DNA of 64,000 nucleotides from an uncultured Holophagae bacterium (GTDB lineage Bacteria; Acidobacteriota; Thermoanaerobaculia; Thermoanaerobaculales; Sulfomarinibacteraceae): NCBI GenBank assembly GCA_963718055.1, contig CAVQXZ010000001.1, positions 1,171,605 to 1,235,604 of the forward strand, read 5' to 3'. Shown piece by piece: positions 63,912 to 64,000 of this stretch (position 1 is its first letter; each line of letters starts with the position of its first letter). The notes under the pieces were generated by a model. It saw only the letters and a program-made list of their open reading frames with translations, ran no database searches and was not told where the DNA came from. The position numbers and the translations under genes were made by a program.

Positions 63912-64000
63912 TCAGAGCTCGGTCTCGAGCTCGCCCGGAGGGACCTCGACCCAGATCCAGCCGCGCACGTCGCCCGCGACGAAGCCGACCGCCTGATCGT
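63912..64000 (-). CDS. 3-prime end of an unidentified gene upstream of cydA (partial)
   Basis: The open minus-strand frame ...DQAVGFVAGDVRGWIWVEVPPGELETEL ends at TGA 63912-63914, 27 nt before the cydA start. Confidence 0.3.
   Translation of the reverse strand, partial: DQAVGFVAGDVRGWIWVEVPPGELETEL

Overview
This is a 64 kb window of a high-GC (about 68-70% by eye) bacterial chromosome. No rRNA, tRNA, CRISPR array, transposase or integrase was recognised. Most long ORFs in the six-frame track are GC-driven shadow frames. About 50 genes are supportable from recognisable protein motifs.

Left to right the window contains:
- a hydantoinase/oxoprolinase fragment
- a GT39-GT2-LAB_N glycolipid operon (the GT2 is frameshifted)
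- an aminotransferase divergent from an isochorismatase-family hydrolase
- a DUF5916/CBM9 protein
- an apaH-sixA-ppx-tag operon
- an alpha/beta hydrolase and an OPT transporter
- DUF2752 and Yip1 membrane proteins
- a polyphosphate neighbourhood: ParA-like ATPase, CYTH-CHAD protein and a lysine-rich H1-like protein, divergent from ppk1, followed by hslO
- a Ni-superoxide dismutase with a signal-peptide-like leader
- a GAF-GGDEF cyclase
- a sharply lower-GC three-gene island at about 25.85-31.43 kb: CFA-synthase-like methyltransferase, TM-HK-REC-HK hybrid kinase and a PilZ-methyltransferase fusion, docked onto a high-GC REC-HK gene and an FHA-GAF-PP2C phosphatase
- several secreted proteins, one with an in-frame TGA exactly at the first Cys position of a thioredoxin-fold CxxC motif
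- an LVIVD beta-propeller
- an 1112-aa internally duplicated CPBP protease
- a frameshifted esterase-TPR gene, then plsC, an FAD oxidoreductase and a beta-lactamase-family hydrolase
- a vWA-TSP3-OmpA lipoprotein
- a 1323-aa multi-PAS hybrid kinase and a STAS protein
- glpK, a methyltransferase and a His-rich Ni/Co-type transporter
- cydAB

Two dispersed intergenic repeat families are visible. One is a structured 100-125 nt element whose end coincides with the stop codon of the upstream gene in 5 of 7 copies.

The candidates I rank highest:
1. The low-GC PilZ-methyltransferase and kinase island, as a Phc-like lipid-signal module with c-di-GMP input.
2. The candidate UxxC selenoprotein.
3. The ParA-like / CYTH-CHAD / H1-like / ppk1 cluster, as a polyphosphate-granule organising module.

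All functional calls rest on motif recognition by eye. No database search was run.
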